From contig JAEIOE010000003.1 in the NCBI GenBank assembly GCA_016342455.1, positions 6,073 to 70,072 on the forward strand: DNA of 64,000 bases. The letters run 5' to 3'. Both the position numbers and the translations under genes were made by a program. Shown piece by piece: positions 20,909 to 30,930 of this stretch. The notes under the pieces are model-generated. The model did no database searches. It had not been told where the DNA came from and saw only the letters and a program-made list of their open reading frames with translations. Every line of letters begins with the position of its first letter. Position 1 is the stretch's first letter. This DNA comes from Mycoplasmatota bacterium (GTDB taxonomy: Bacteria > Bacillota_I > Bacilli_A > Izemoplasmatales > Hujiaoplasmataceae).

Positions 20909-21496
20909 ATGAAAAGAAATCAAATTAGAGTTATCGCTGAAATAGCGACATTCGTAGGCTTAGCTATTGTACTTGACTTACTAGCCGGTCTATTCTCACC
21001 ATTTAAGCAAGGCGGATCTATTTCCCCTGCTATGTTACCAATCTTTATCATAGCCTTTAGACACGGTTGGAAAAACGGGATATTTGCTGGATTAATATTT
21101 GGGGTATTACAACTAATCTTAGTTGGTAGTGAAATTTTTGGTTGGATCTATGATCCAACACCTTTCAAAATCTTTATGGTAATTGCATTTGACTATATTA
21201 TTCCATTTTCTTTACTTGGCTTAGCTGGATTATTTAAAGATCCATTTAATAAACCTAAATCCTTTGTCTTAGGTATTGCATTAGGATCTTTTCTAAGATA
21301 TTTATGCCACGGGTTATCAGGTGTTATTGTATGGGGTAATTTCGCAGCTGACTGGGGAATTGAAAATATTTGGTTCTATTCATACGTATTTTATAACCTA
21401 CCATACATGGCAGCTTCATTTGGACTCTGTCTGTTAATTGGTTTGGCTTTATACAGAAGAAAAGTTTGGGACTTTGGTTTACCAACAACAAGATAA
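20909..21496 (+). CDS. thiT: ECF S-component thiamine transporter
   Basis: QGGSIS..MLPI, DYIIPF, LCHGLSGVIVW, YNLPYM motifs; preceded by TPP riboswitch. Confidence 0.9.
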   Translation: MKRNQIRVIAEIATFVGLAIVLDLLAGLFSPFKQGGSISPAMLPIFIIAFRHGWKNGIFAGLIFGVLQLILVGSEIFGWIYDPTPFKIFMVIAFDYIIPFSLLGLAGLFKDPFNKPKSFVLGIALGSFLRYLCHGLSGVIVWGNFAADWGIENIWFYSYVFYNLPYMAASFGLCLLIGLALYRRKVWDFGLPTTR

Positions 21497-21537
21497 ATAT
21501 CACTAAAAATACACATAAATCATATATTTATAAATAA

Positions 21538-21564
21538 TTAGCAGTCGTTACTTGACACTGCTAA
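21538..21564 (+). promoter_or_regulatory. CIRCE-like inverted repeat (candidate HrcA operator) overlapping the htpG -35
   Basis: TTAGCAGTC-N9-CACTGCTAA vs consensus TTAGCACTC-N9-GAGTGCTAA; TTGACA 21552, TATAAT 21574. Confidence 0.7.
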
Positions 21565-21610
21565 TTTTTATGTTATAATAACTACTGTAAATACAATTTA
21601 GGAGGATATT

Positions 21611-23563
21611 ATGGCAAAAGAAATAAAACAATTTCAAACAGAATCAAAGAAACTATTAAACTTAATGATTAACTCTATTTATACAAATAAAGAGATTTTT
21701 CTAAGAGAACTTATCTCTAATGCATCAGATGCAATTGATAAGTATCATTTACTAAGTCTAACGGATGATTCATTAGAAAAAACGAATGATTATGAAATCC
21801 ATTTAGAATTAGATAAGAAGAAAAGAAAATTAATCATTTCTGATAATGGTATTGGTATGACTCATGATGAGTTAATCTCTAACATTGGTACTATTGCTAA
21901 ATCAGGAACTTTAGAGTTTTTGAAGAATCAAAAAGATAGAGATATGAAAGACGCTGATTTAATAGGTCAATTCGGAGTTGGATTCTATTCCGCTTTTATG
22001 GTAGCTAAAAAAGTTCAAGTAATCACAAAATCTCCATTCAGTGACACAGCTTACCGTTGGGTATCTGCTGGAGAAGACGAATTCACTATCGAAGAAAGCA
22101 AAAGAACAGAAAGAGGTACAGAAATCACTTTATTCTTTAGAAAAGATGAAGAAGATGAAAACTACTCTGATTTCTTAGAAGACTACAAAATTCAATCTCT
22201 TGTTAAAAAGTATTCTGATTATGTAAAATACCCAATCACTATGGATAGAGAAAAAACTACTCAAAGACTAGATGATGAAGGTAACAAAATTGAAAACGAA
22301 TATGATACAGAAATAGAAAACGAAACATTGAATCAAATGGTTCCTATTTGGAAAAGAAATAAAACAGAAGTGACAGATAATGAACTAAATGACTTCTATA
22401 AAGCGCAATACTATGATTACAATGATCCATCTTTTAGAATATGGACGAATGTAGAAGGAATGATTACCTATAAATCAATCATCTTTATTCCTTCAAAAGC
22501 TCCACAAAACCTTTATTCAGACAAATACGAAAAAGGCCTACAACTTTATGCAAAAGATGTTTTCGTAATGGATAAATGTAAAGAGTTAGTACCGGATTAC
22601 CTACGCTTTATCAAAGGCTTAGTGGTATCTCCTGACTTAAACTTAAATATCTCAAGAGAAATCTTACAAAAAAACCGTCAATTAGAAAAAATCCAAAAGA
22701 ATCTAGAAAAGAAAATAGTTAATGAATTAGAAAAAACGCTTAAAAACGAAAGAGAAACTTACGTAGCCTTTTGGAAAGAGTTTGGCGTAAATATCAAATA
22801 CGGTATTTATGAAAACTTTGGCATGAATAAGGATTTATTGAAAGACATTATACTTTTCCAAACAGTAAAAGAAGATTCTTTAGTTACCTTAAAAGAATAT
22901 GTAGAAAAAATGCCTAAAGACCAAAAAGAAATTTATTTTGGTTCAGCACCATCAAAAGCTTCTTTAAAAGCATCACCTCAAATGGATGTATTGAAAAAGA
23001 AAGATTATGATGTATTAGTGTTAGCGGATGATGTGGATGAATTCATGATTTCTATTCTAGCGGAATACGACTCAAAAAAATTCAAATCAATTAATCAAGG
23101 TGACTTAGACATTCAAGATGATTCTGTAAAAGAAGAAATTAAAACACTTGAAACTGAAAACAAAGACTTATTAGCAGCTATTAAAACAGCTCTAGGTTCT
23201 GAAGTTGATGAAGTAAAACTATCAACGAGACTTACTGAATCTCCAGTTTGTTTAGTAAGTGGAGAAGGTTTATCTTTCGAAATGGAAAAAGTTATTAATC
23301 AAATGCCTGGTGATAAGGATATGAAAGCTAAGAAAATCTTAGAAATCAATCCGCAACATGATTTATTCAAGGCAATTGAGAGAATATATACAAATAGCCC
23401 TGAAAGTATTGAAGATTACGCGAATTTATTATATAATCAAGCGTTGTTAATAGAAGGCTTAGCGATCAAAGACCCTGTTGAATTCTCAAACAAAATGGTT
23501 AAAATATTGATTAAAGCTGCGAATATCGGAGATACTAATGGAACAGATACTAAAGAAGATTAA
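21611..23563 (+). CDS. htpG: Hsp90 chaperone
   Basis: EIFLRELISNASDA, DNGIGM, GQFGVGFYSAF, LNISREILQ. Confidence 0.97.
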   Translation: MAKEIKQFQTESKKLLNLMINSIYTNKEIFLRELISNASDAIDKYHLLSLTDDSLEKTNDYEIHLELDKKKRKLIISDNGIGMTHDELISNIGTIAKSGTLEFLKNQKDRDMKDADLIGQFGVGFYSAFMVAKKVQVITKSPFSDTAYRWVSAGEDEFTIEESKRTERGTEITLFFRKDEEDENYSDFLEDYKIQSLVKKYSDYVKYPITMDREKTTQRLDDEGNKIENEYDTEIENETLNQMVPIWKRNKTEVTDNELNDFYKAQYYDYNDPSFRIWTNVEGMITYKSIIFIPSKAPQNLYSDKYEKGLQLYAKDVFVMDKCKELVPDYLRFIKGLVVSPDLNLNISREILQKNRQLEKIQKNLEKKIVNELEKTLKNERETYVAFWKEFGVNIKYGIYENFGMNKDLLKDIILFQTVKEDSLVTLKEYVEKMPKDQKEIYFGSAPSKASLKASPQMDVLKKKDYDVLVLADDVDEFMISILAEYDSKKFKSINQGDLDIQDDSVKEEIKTLETENKDLLAAIKTALGSEVDEVKLSTRLTESPVCLVSGEGLSFEMEKVINQMPGDKDMKAKKILEINPQHDLFKAIERIYTNSPESIEDYANLLYNQALLIEGLAIKDPVEFSNKMVKILIKAANIGDTNGTDTKED

Positions 23564-24002
23564 AACGGAATTAAAAGATATTAGAAAAGAATATGTTTTA
23601 AGATTAAAGCATATAAATAATAAGCACCAAGAAATTCTTGAATACACTCATTTCTATGGTCTAAACTTTAAAAAGCATAATCTTGTATGTAGATTCATTC
23701 TACAAAAACAAGAAAATGCCCTAAGTTTTACATATAAGTATATTTGCGATAAGAAAAACTGTGATGTCATACAAGAATACTCATTTATGTCTACTGACAC
23801 AGAGAAGTATCCTTGCTTTACCGAAGAAGATGTCTCAAAGATCAAAGAATTATATAAGTTTGAAGTAGTAGGAAACATAATTAAAAATACAACAGACCTA
23901 GAAACACAGGCTGATGTACTGGTCACTGCGTTTAAGAAAAACTACAAATCCTTATGTGAATTTGTAAAAAACCAAAACAATAACAAAGAAAACCCTGAAT
24001 AA
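23538..24002 (+). CDS. Hypothetical protein overlapping the htpG 3' end
   Basis: 154 aa, GGAG RBS inside htpG, followed by terminator. Confidence 0.7.
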   Translation: MEQILKKIKTELKDIRKEYVLRLKHINNKHQEILEYTHFYGLNFKKHNLVCRFILQKQENALSFTYKYICDKKNCDVIQEYSFMSTDTEKYPCFTEEDVSKIKELYKFEVVGNIIKNTTDLETQADVLVTAFKKNYKSLCEFVKNQNNNKENPE

Positions 24003-24013
24003 TCAGGGTTTTT
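23989..24013. terminator. Bidirectional terminator (htpG operon / recU)
   Basis: AAAACCCTGA/TCAGGGTTTT. Confidence 0.8.
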
Positions 24014-24584
24014 ATTTTAAGTAATATTCATCTATAACAGATATATAATCCACAGGCTTACTATAACCTTCTTTAATAGGATAAGCAAATTCTTCGAATT
24101 CTTCCAGTGAAATTGACTTTTTATCCGTTAGAGAACGTTGATAGAAAAAATCCATTTTTTCTGAATCTAGGAAAAATATCTTTTCTAGACTTGAAAAATA
24201 GATAATGACGAAACTAATACCTCCATGTTCTCTACATCTATTCAGATGGATAATTTGATGTTCATGGATATTTTTTATTGGAAATGAAGTCTTAGACTTC
24301 GTTTCCTTTGCTTCAAAGTCAATGTATCTACCTTTATAAACTCCATTATAATCCGTAGTAGAAGGTAGTTTATAATAAGCCTCAGTAATTCTAGCGGCGG
24401 ATCGTTTTAAATAATCAACTCCTACAATTTGAATAGGAATTGGCTTTTTATAAATAATCGCTATATTATTATCACGAAAAAACTCATTTGATTTATTGAT
24501 CATTAACTCGAAATTCATACCACGATTCGCCGTAGTTTTTGCCTTCACCTTTGAAGTGCTTCTCTTTATTGGATAATTTATCAT
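24012..24584 (-). CDS. recU: Holliday junction resolvase RecU
   Basis: NRGMNFE, KKPIPIQIV, STTDYNGVYKGRYIDFEAKET, HEHQ. Confidence 0.96.
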   Translation of the reverse strand: MINYPIKRSTSKVKAKTTANRGMNFELMINKSNEFFRDNNIAIIYKKPIPIQIVGVDYLKRSAARITEAYYKLPSTTDYNGVYKGRYIDFEAKETKSKTSFPIKNIHEHQIIHLNRCREHGGISFVIIYFSSLEKIFFLDSEKMDFFYQRSLTDKKSISLEEFEEFAYPIKEGYSKPVDYISVIDEYYLK

Positions 24585-24742
24585 ATTCTCACCATCCCTA
24601 TTTTACCATAAAACAATTCGTTTTTTACTTGAAAAAAGTATTTAAATTTTTATCTTTTTGAATAAATATATTCATATTGATTATCAAAACCACTATAAAT
24701 AGTGTATAATTATAGTAGTAAATTTGTACTATAGGAGGAATT

Positions 24743-26437
24743 ATGGGCCAAATAAAATTTTATGCACTAGGTGGCATGGGTGATAACGGCAAAAACCTTT
24801 ATGTACTTGAAATAAATAATAAAATAATAATCTTAGACGCAGGTCTTCAACACCCTTCGGGAGACCTACTCGGTGTCGATGCAATTGTACCAGATATTAC
24901 TTACTTATTATCAAGGAAAGAAGATATAGTTGGGATATTTTTATCTCATGCTCATGATAAACACATTGGTGCTTTACCAATGCTTTTATCACACATTAAA
25001 ACAAAAGTATACGGAACAGCTTTTACAATAGAAGTTGCGAGAGACTTTTTAGCTGACAACAAAATGAATCACTACGATTATGAATTTGAAGTAGTGAAAT
25101 ACAATTCCATCATGAAATTCGATGATTTCGCTGTGGAGTTTTTTCCAACGACTCACTCAGTACCATTATCAGCGGGAATTGTTATTTATACCGAAGATGG
25201 AGCTATTGTTTACGTAACAGACTTCACCTTTGATCAAAATGTAACAACCTACTTTAAAACAGACTTTAAAAAACTAGCTAAAATCTCTGATTACGGAGTA
25301 TTAGCTTTGTTATGCGAGTCTTCAGGAGCTACGAATACAGGACATTCTAATACGAATATGAACTTAAAGAAGATTATTAGAAATACAATAACGGAAGCAG
25401 AAGGTAGGATTATTGTTGGATTATATTCAACAGAGTTATCAAACATTCAATTAATCATTGATGAATCTTTAGCTGCTGGTAAGAAAATATCTATTATCGG
25501 TAGAAAAGCACAAAGAATGGTTAATATTGGGGAAAGAATGGGTTACATTCAAATACCTCAAGAAAGACTTGTAAACCTAAGGTATGTGGATGGGGAAAAC
25601 AAAAATGAGTTTGATGATGTAGTATTCTTAGTAACTGGTGAAAGACATGAACCATTCTTTATGTTACAAAGAATGGCAAAGAAATTTGATAGATTAATTC
25701 ATTTAATTGAATCAGATACAGTTATCTTTATGTGTCCTCCATTAATTGGAACAGAAAAGATAGCTGCTAAAACATTTGATGCTTTAAGTAAAGCCAATGT
25801 TCATATGATCAAAGTAGATAAACAACTACTATCAAAATTCCATGCATCTTCAGAAGATATTAAACTAATGTATTCTATTATCAATCCGAAGTATATTATT
25901 CCAGTATCTGGAGAATATAGAAATCAATTAGCACAATATGAAATAGCGCTAGAATATGGTTATACGGATAATGAGATATTCTTATTAGATAATGGAGAAG
26001 TAATTTCATTTACAAAGGGTAAAAAAGATACTGCTCATGATATGGTAGACAATGGTTCTATTATGATTGATGGTACTTATGAAACAGATATAAATGACGA
26101 AGTAATTAAAGAAAGAGAATTATTAAGTCAAGACGGCTTCTTAATGATTATCGCTAATATTAATGCCAAAACAAAAGAAATGCTTAATAAACCAGAGATT
26201 GTAAGCCGTGGGTTCATGTATATGAAAGATAATGAAGAAATGATTAAAGAAATCGAAATTATTTATCAATTAGAATCTAAAAAACAATTTTCAAAACAAA
26301 ACATCGATTGGAAAGAATATCGTGATAACATCCGATATCAAATTCAAAGGTATTTATATAATAAATCGAAAAGAAAACCTATATGTATACCAGTAATTAT
26401 TGATACTTCAATTGAAAATACTTGTGAGATAATCTAA
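24743..26437 (+). CDS. rnj: Ribonuclease J, J2-like (degenerate metal-binding motifs)
   Basis: beta-CASP architecture, THSVP, SRGF, PICIPVI; HAHDKH instead of HGHEDH. Confidence 0.85.
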   Translation: MGQIKFYALGGMGDNGKNLYVLEINNKIIILDAGLQHPSGDLLGVDAIVPDITYLLSRKEDIVGIFLSHAHDKHIGALPMLLSHIKTKVYGTAFTIEVARDFLADNKMNHYDYEFEVVKYNSIMKFDDFAVEFFPTTHSVPLSAGIVIYTEDGAIVYVTDFTFDQNVTTYFKTDFKKLAKISDYGVLALLCESSGATNTGHSNTNMNLKKIIRNTITEAEGRIIVGLYSTELSNIQLIIDESLAAGKKISIIGRKAQRMVNIGERMGYIQIPQERLVNLRYVDGENKNEFDDVVFLVTGERHEPFFMLQRMAKKFDRLIHLIESDTVIFMCPPLIGTEKIAAKTFDALSKANVHMIKVDKQLLSKFHASSEDIKLMYSIINPKYIIPVSGEYRNQLAQYEIALEYGYTDNEIFLLDNGEVISFTKGKKDTAHDMVDNGSIMIDGTYETDINDEVIKERELLSQDGFLMIIANINAKTKEMLNKPEIVSRGFMYMKDNEEMIKEIEIIYQLESKKQFSKQNIDWKEYRDNIRYQIQRYLYNKSKRKPICIPVIIDTSIENTCEII

Positions 26438-26510
26438 TAATATAAGCCAAGCATAATTTGCTTGGCTTTCTTTTTTAATAAAATATACTAATTAATATTT
26501 TTTTAATAAA

Positions 26511-26543
26511 ATTATTGACAAACGATAATTTTATAATTATAAT
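26511..26543 (+). promoter_or_regulatory. Promoter with palindromic operator overlapping -35
   Basis: TTGACA 26515-17 bp-TATAAT 26538; inverted repeat ATTATTG-N5-CGATAAT. Confidence 0.7.
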
Positions 26544-26571
26544 ATAATTGAAATAGAAGGAGGTTATACTG

Positions 26572-26799
26572 ATGCCAATCTCAATACATTTGGATGAAAT
26601 TCTTAAAAAACAAAAAATAACTTCCAAAGAATTATGCAGTATTATAAGTATAACTGAGGCTAATTTGTCCATATTACGGAGTGGAAAAGCAAAAGCAATA
26701 AGATTTGAAACTTTGGAAAAAATATGTCAAGCTTTAGGATGTAGTCCTGGAGACATACTAAAATATGAAGAAGGTGATAATAATGAAATGGATGACTAA
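26572..26799 (+). CDS. Cro/C1-type HTH regulator (YozG family)
   Basis: SITEANLSILRSGKAKAIRFETLEKIC..L.C.PGDIL. Confidence 0.93.
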   Translation: MPISIHLDEILKKQKITSKELCSIISITEANLSILRSGKAKAIRFETLEKICQALGCSPGDILKYEEGDNNEMDD

Positions 26800-27577
26800 A
26801 GTTTTAATAGTATATCTTTTAGCAGTAAGTACTCTTTGTGCAATATTGCTGTTTTCTAAAATAGAACTAGATAACTATTCCAGTATAACATTTACATTAA
26901 GCCCTGAAGCTTTAACTTATGCTCAAGACAATCAACTTAACGAAGATTATATTGATCCAGTACTTGAGTTTATATCGACTAAAGAACTTACTTTATTAGA
27001 AGAAGGTTATGAAGTTTTATATACAGCAATGTCCACTAATCCATATCTATATGAAAGAAATTGGTCATTATACGTTGAGTATTCTCAGATACCGGATATT
27101 GATTTACAATCTAGCTTATTTAAAGATAATAATGGAGTTTACTATATCTTGGCTCAGTATGATATGCCTTTGTTTGAATTAAATCAAGCAATTACAGGTA
27201 ACTTTATTCATTTTGGATTTTCTGATGAATATCAGGTTTCCAATGTATATTCAAATGTCTATTTTCTTTTAAATGATGAATACACCTTATATCAAACAGC
27301 TAATTCTTATGATTATGACAATAAATTATTTACTATGCCGACTAGCATAGTAGATACAAGTATTGATATTGTCTCCGTAGTTGGATATGTTTTCTTAGAA
27401 ATTCCAGTTGGTAATGATGCAACATTCTTTGAATGTAGTGTTGATATATTTGATGGTACAAATCATAAAGAAGATCCTGGAATAATACTTGGCTTTAATA
27501 AAATTGTATTTGCAGAAAGAGAAGAGTATTACAGTGTAGCTGCAACTTGGATAAAATATAGAAAGGAAATTTCATAA
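26783..27577 (+). CDS. Hypothetical protein with N-terminal signal/TM anchor
   Basis: AGGTGA RBS supports ATG 26783; N-terminal hydrophobic segment. Confidence 0.75.
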   Translation: MKWMTKVLIVYLLAVSTLCAILLFSKIELDNYSSITFTLSPEALTYAQDNQLNEDYIDPVLEFISTKELTLLEEGYEVLYTAMSTNPYLYERNWSLYVEYSQIPDIDLQSSLFKDNNGVYYILAQYDMPLFELNQAITGNFIHFGFSDEYQVSNVYSNVYFLLNDEYTLYQTANSYDYDNKLFTMPTSIVDTSIDIVSVVGYVFLEIPVGNDATFFECSVDIFDGTNHKEDPGIILGFNKIVFAEREEYYSVAATWIKYRKEIS

Positions 27578-27578
27578 A

Positions 27579-28166
27579 ATGGTAATTATATTAGCATTAT
27601 TAATAGCTTTAGTTATAGTTCTATTAGGATTAGTAATAAAAGTATTAATATTAATGCATCACAACAGAATTGAAGAATTTTCAACTTTCTTACAAAAGTT
27701 TGTTAAGATTATTTTGGTATTAACTATATTTGGATACTTTCTAGGACAATTTTTAGCGATAATTGCGTATTTCTCTGATGGTTATTCTGCACTAATGCAA
27801 AGTTCGAGAGCAGTTTATCCTGTTTTATTAAGCTTACGGTTAGTGTTTGAAGTTTCTTTCTATATCGCAATTATGTTATGGGCAGATAAGTTGCTTGGAA
27901 ATTTAAAAATCAACAAGATTTTCCATATCGATAACACCAAATACACAAAAAAGATAGGGATGGCTTTTTTAATTCTATTTGTAGCTGAGGTTACGACAGG
28001 CTTGCTCATAAACATCGCGCATTTTGCTTCAGTTGGTGGAACCTTTGAATTAACGACAAGTCCTAAGATGTTTATGTATTTAATCATTGGCTTTATTCTT
28101 TTAATTGTATCTTCATTATTTGAAAACTCAATTAAGATTTATGAAGAAAACCAATTAACAATTTAG
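27579..28166 (+). CDS. DUF2975 family membrane protein
   Basis: Multi-TM; IFHIDNTKYTKKIG and C-terminal YEENQLTI; next to a YozG-type HTH. Confidence 0.85.
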   Translation: MVIILALLIALVIVLLGLVIKVLILMHHNRIEEFSTFLQKFVKIILVLTIFGYFLGQFLAIIAYFSDGYSALMQSSRAVYPVLLSLRLVFEVSFYIAIMLWADKLLGNLKINKIFHIDNTKYTKKIGMAFLILFVAEVTTGLLINIAHFASVGGTFELTTSPKMFMYLIIGFILLIVSSLFENSIKIYEENQLTI

Positions 28167-28176
28167 AGGTGTATAT

Positions 28177-29202
28177 ATGATTATACAAGAGATAGTATTG
28201 TTACTTTTAATATTCATAGCAATATCCGGAATTCTAATATTTAGAAAAAAATTTACTTTTCTTTCAGTGAGTATTACGGTCCTTTGTATATCACTTGGAG
28301 TTGGACTGATATTATTAATAAATGTAATGTCTCAATCAGAATATTCAGATTGGTTTCGTGACTTAGAAATTCAAAATATTGCATTGGATGATGATATCGC
28401 CATAGAATCTATAGATGGAATTAAAGTTATATATAATAATACTACGGATGAAGAATTGACATATAAAAGCTTTACATTTGATCAATTTCAGCCTGTATTT
28501 CTATCCAAAGTAGAAAAATTCTATGTTATAGTCTTTAGTCAGGATACAAGTAAAGCATATGAAGACGGTCGTTTTTATCAAGGAGACTACGAAAGATTTA
28601 GACAAATCGATTTTTTAGCATTTATTGATACAGAAAATGGATATATTCATTCGTTAAGAGAGGTAGAATTGTTTAGTAGATCAATTGATTTATATTCTTT
28701 TATGGCAAATGATACTTCCCTAGTTTACAAGTTATATCACCACTACAGTGAAAAAACATTTGCATATGGCTTCATTTCATTCTTTTACACTGAAAATGCA
28801 TCTAGTCAACTTTCTTTTATTCCAACTCTTGATGTAGGAGCTTTCTTTTACCCGATGACTGATGTGCAAAATGTTGAAGGAGCGATACATGATAATGTCA
28901 CTAAGGTAGTATTTGGGGAAGATGATATAATGCTATTTACAACAGATGATGGAGTCATCTGTCTTGAAATAAACATCGAAGTATCCTATAGGGAGGATGG
29001 ACTTATTTCAGGATATAGTTATGGTAGTGAGGAATTAACTTATCTAGATAATCAAATCTATTTGCACCAAGGATATTACACAGAAGTAGGCAATAGCATT
29101 TACTATATAAACAACAATATGGATTTAAGAAAACTAGGTTCAAATCAAGTAACAATTCCTATTACTGATTTAGAGCATTGGAATGACATGATTCCAGAAT
29201 AA
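28177..29202 (+). CDS. Hypothetical protein, two N-terminal TM helices plus soluble domain
   Basis: 341 aa, GAGGTG RBS. Confidence 0.75.
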   Translation: MIIQEIVLLLLIFIAISGILIFRKKFTFLSVSITVLCISLGVGLILLINVMSQSEYSDWFRDLEIQNIALDDDIAIESIDGIKVIYNNTTDEELTYKSFTFDQFQPVFLSKVEKFYVIVFSQDTSKAYEDGRFYQGDYERFRQIDFLAFIDTENGYIHSLREVELFSRSIDLYSFMANDTSLVYKLYHHYSEKTFAYGFISFFYTENASSQLSFIPTLDVGAFFYPMTDVQNVEGAIHDNVTKVVFGEDDIMLFTTDDGVICLEINIEVSYREDGLISGYSYGSEELTYLDNQIYLHQGYYTEVGNSIYYINNNMDLRKLGSNQVTIPITDLEHWNDMIPE

Positions 29203-29253
29203 TCTATTCATATATAAGAAAAGACATTTCAAAATGAAATGTCTTTTGTTTAA

Positions 29254-29556
29254 TTATCCTAATACATTAACAATAATAAAAACCCAAAATAGTAAAAATA
29301 AGATAAAAAGTGCAATATAGAATAATATTCCTATAAACGACCACCTTAAGCACACTTTAGACTTTAAACTGTCTGAACTACTAAATATAATACTTAGTAT
29401 AAATCCTAATAAAGGTAGGATGAGACAGGTTATTTTAGTTAAAATCATCGTTCTTTTCTCGATTAAATCATTGTGAACATTGTTAATCTTTCTACCACAT
29501 TCTATGCAAACACTATCTCTTTTGTTAATCTGAGCACCACAATAACTACATTTCAT
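29254..29556 (-). CDS. Zinc-ribbon membrane protein
   Basis: CSYCG...CIECG followed by two TM helices; GAGGTG RBS 6 nt before ATG 29556. Confidence 0.8.
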   Translation of the reverse strand: MKCSYCGAQINKRDSVCIECGRKINNVHNDLIEKRTMILTKITCLILPLLGFILSIIFSSSDSLKSKVCLRWSFIGILFYIALFILFLLFWVFIIVNVLG

Positions 29557-29569
29557 TTCATTCACCTCT

Positions 29570-30805
29570 TTATTTATCTTTTAAAATCTTTTCGTTTTTT
29601 TCATATTCGTCTGCGAAAATTTTCTCAAGTTTTGTGTGTTTCTGAGGACTATAGTAAACTGTGTTTTTTAATTGATCTGGTAAGTATTGTTGCTTCACAA
29701 TATGACCTTCATAATCATGTGCGTATTTATATGGTTGTTTTGAATCATAGGTTGGATTATTAATTATATGACTTGGTACTTGGTAAGTCTTTCCATCATT
29801 AACATCAGCCAAAGCCTTTTCAATTGCTATATGAGCTGAATTTGATTTAGGAGAAATACATAGCTCGATAGTAATAGCTGCTAAAGCGTTCCTAGCTTCA
29901 GGCATACCAACTTTAAGCGCTGTATTACAAGCTGCATCAACTTTAACACCCATTAAAGGGTTTGCTAAACCGATATCTTCATATACGATAGCCCTTAGTC
30001 TTCTAGTTAATGACTCTAAATCACCTGCAGCTAGAAGTCTTGCTAGATAATGAATTGCAGCATTCGCATCTGATCCTCTTACTGATTTATGAAAAGCAGA
30101 GAGAATATCATAATAATCATCACCGGTTTTAAAAGTACTCTTTGCGGCTTCAGAGATATGCTTTTCCATATGAGCATAATCAATAACTTGACCAACATCT
30201 GCAGTAAGTACTAATAGTTCTAATAAGTTAATTGCAGTTCTTACTTCACCATTACAGTAAACACTTATCTTTTTATAAACGTCATCATCAACTGTGACAT
30301 TCTTTTCGTATACAGATAAATCAATATTTTTTAAGAAACTTTCAATATCCAATTCATCCGGCCTTGTTATCTTAAAGATAGAAACACGGCTTCTTACAGC
30401 TGGATTAACTGCGATATATGGGTTTTCAGTAGTAAGACCTAACATGATAATCGTGCCTTTTTCTACGTAAGGTAATAAGTAATCTTGTATATCGCGATTC
30501 ATTCTATGAATCTCATCTACAATCAATAATACATTACCATACATTTTAGCAGAATCAACGATAGTTCTAAGCGTCGCTTTTGAATCAGTTGAAGCATTAA
30601 ACTTAAAGTGATTCAATGGATAGTATTCTGATATGATCGTAGCTAATGTTGTTTTACCGACACCAGTTGGACCATATAAAATGATAGAAATCATATTGTT
30701 ATTATCTACTAGTTTTTCTAAGATATTTATGACTCTTTTATTTCCTAAAACATCACCAAATTTTTTTGGCCTAACAAAATCTGCTAGTGGACTCTGTAAT
30801 TTCAT
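29570..30805 (-). CDS. rarA: Replication-associated recombination protein A
   Basis: GPTGVGKTT, DEIHR, TTENP, SAFHKSVRGSD, EDIGLANP. Confidence 0.95.
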   Translation of the reverse strand: MKLQSPLADFVRPKKFGDVLGNKRVINILEKLVDNNNMISIILYGPTGVGKTTLATIISEYYPLNHFKFNASTDSKATLRTIVDSAKMYGNVLLIVDEIHRMNRDIQDYLLPYVEKGTIIMLGLTTENPYIAVNPAVRSRVSIFKITRPDELDIESFLKNIDLSVYEKNVTVDDDVYKKISVYCNGEVRTAINLLELLVLTADVGQVIDYAHMEKHISEAAKSTFKTGDDYYDILSAFHKSVRGSDANAAIHYLARLLAAGDLESLTRRLRAIVYEDIGLANPLMGVKVDAACNTALKVGMPEARNALAAITIELCISPKSNSAHIAIEKALADVNDGKTYQVPSHIINNPTYDSKQPYKYAHDYEGHIVKQQYLPDQLKNTVYYSPQKHTKLEKIFADEYEKNEKILKDK

Positions 30806-30930
30806 CTATATCACCTATCATTATTTTACCATATAATGCCTCAATTAGATATAATATATATAGCTTTAACCTTTGCAAAATAAAAAAAATGAGGTATAAT
30901 TTAATAGTACAAAAGAAAGAATGTGATTAT

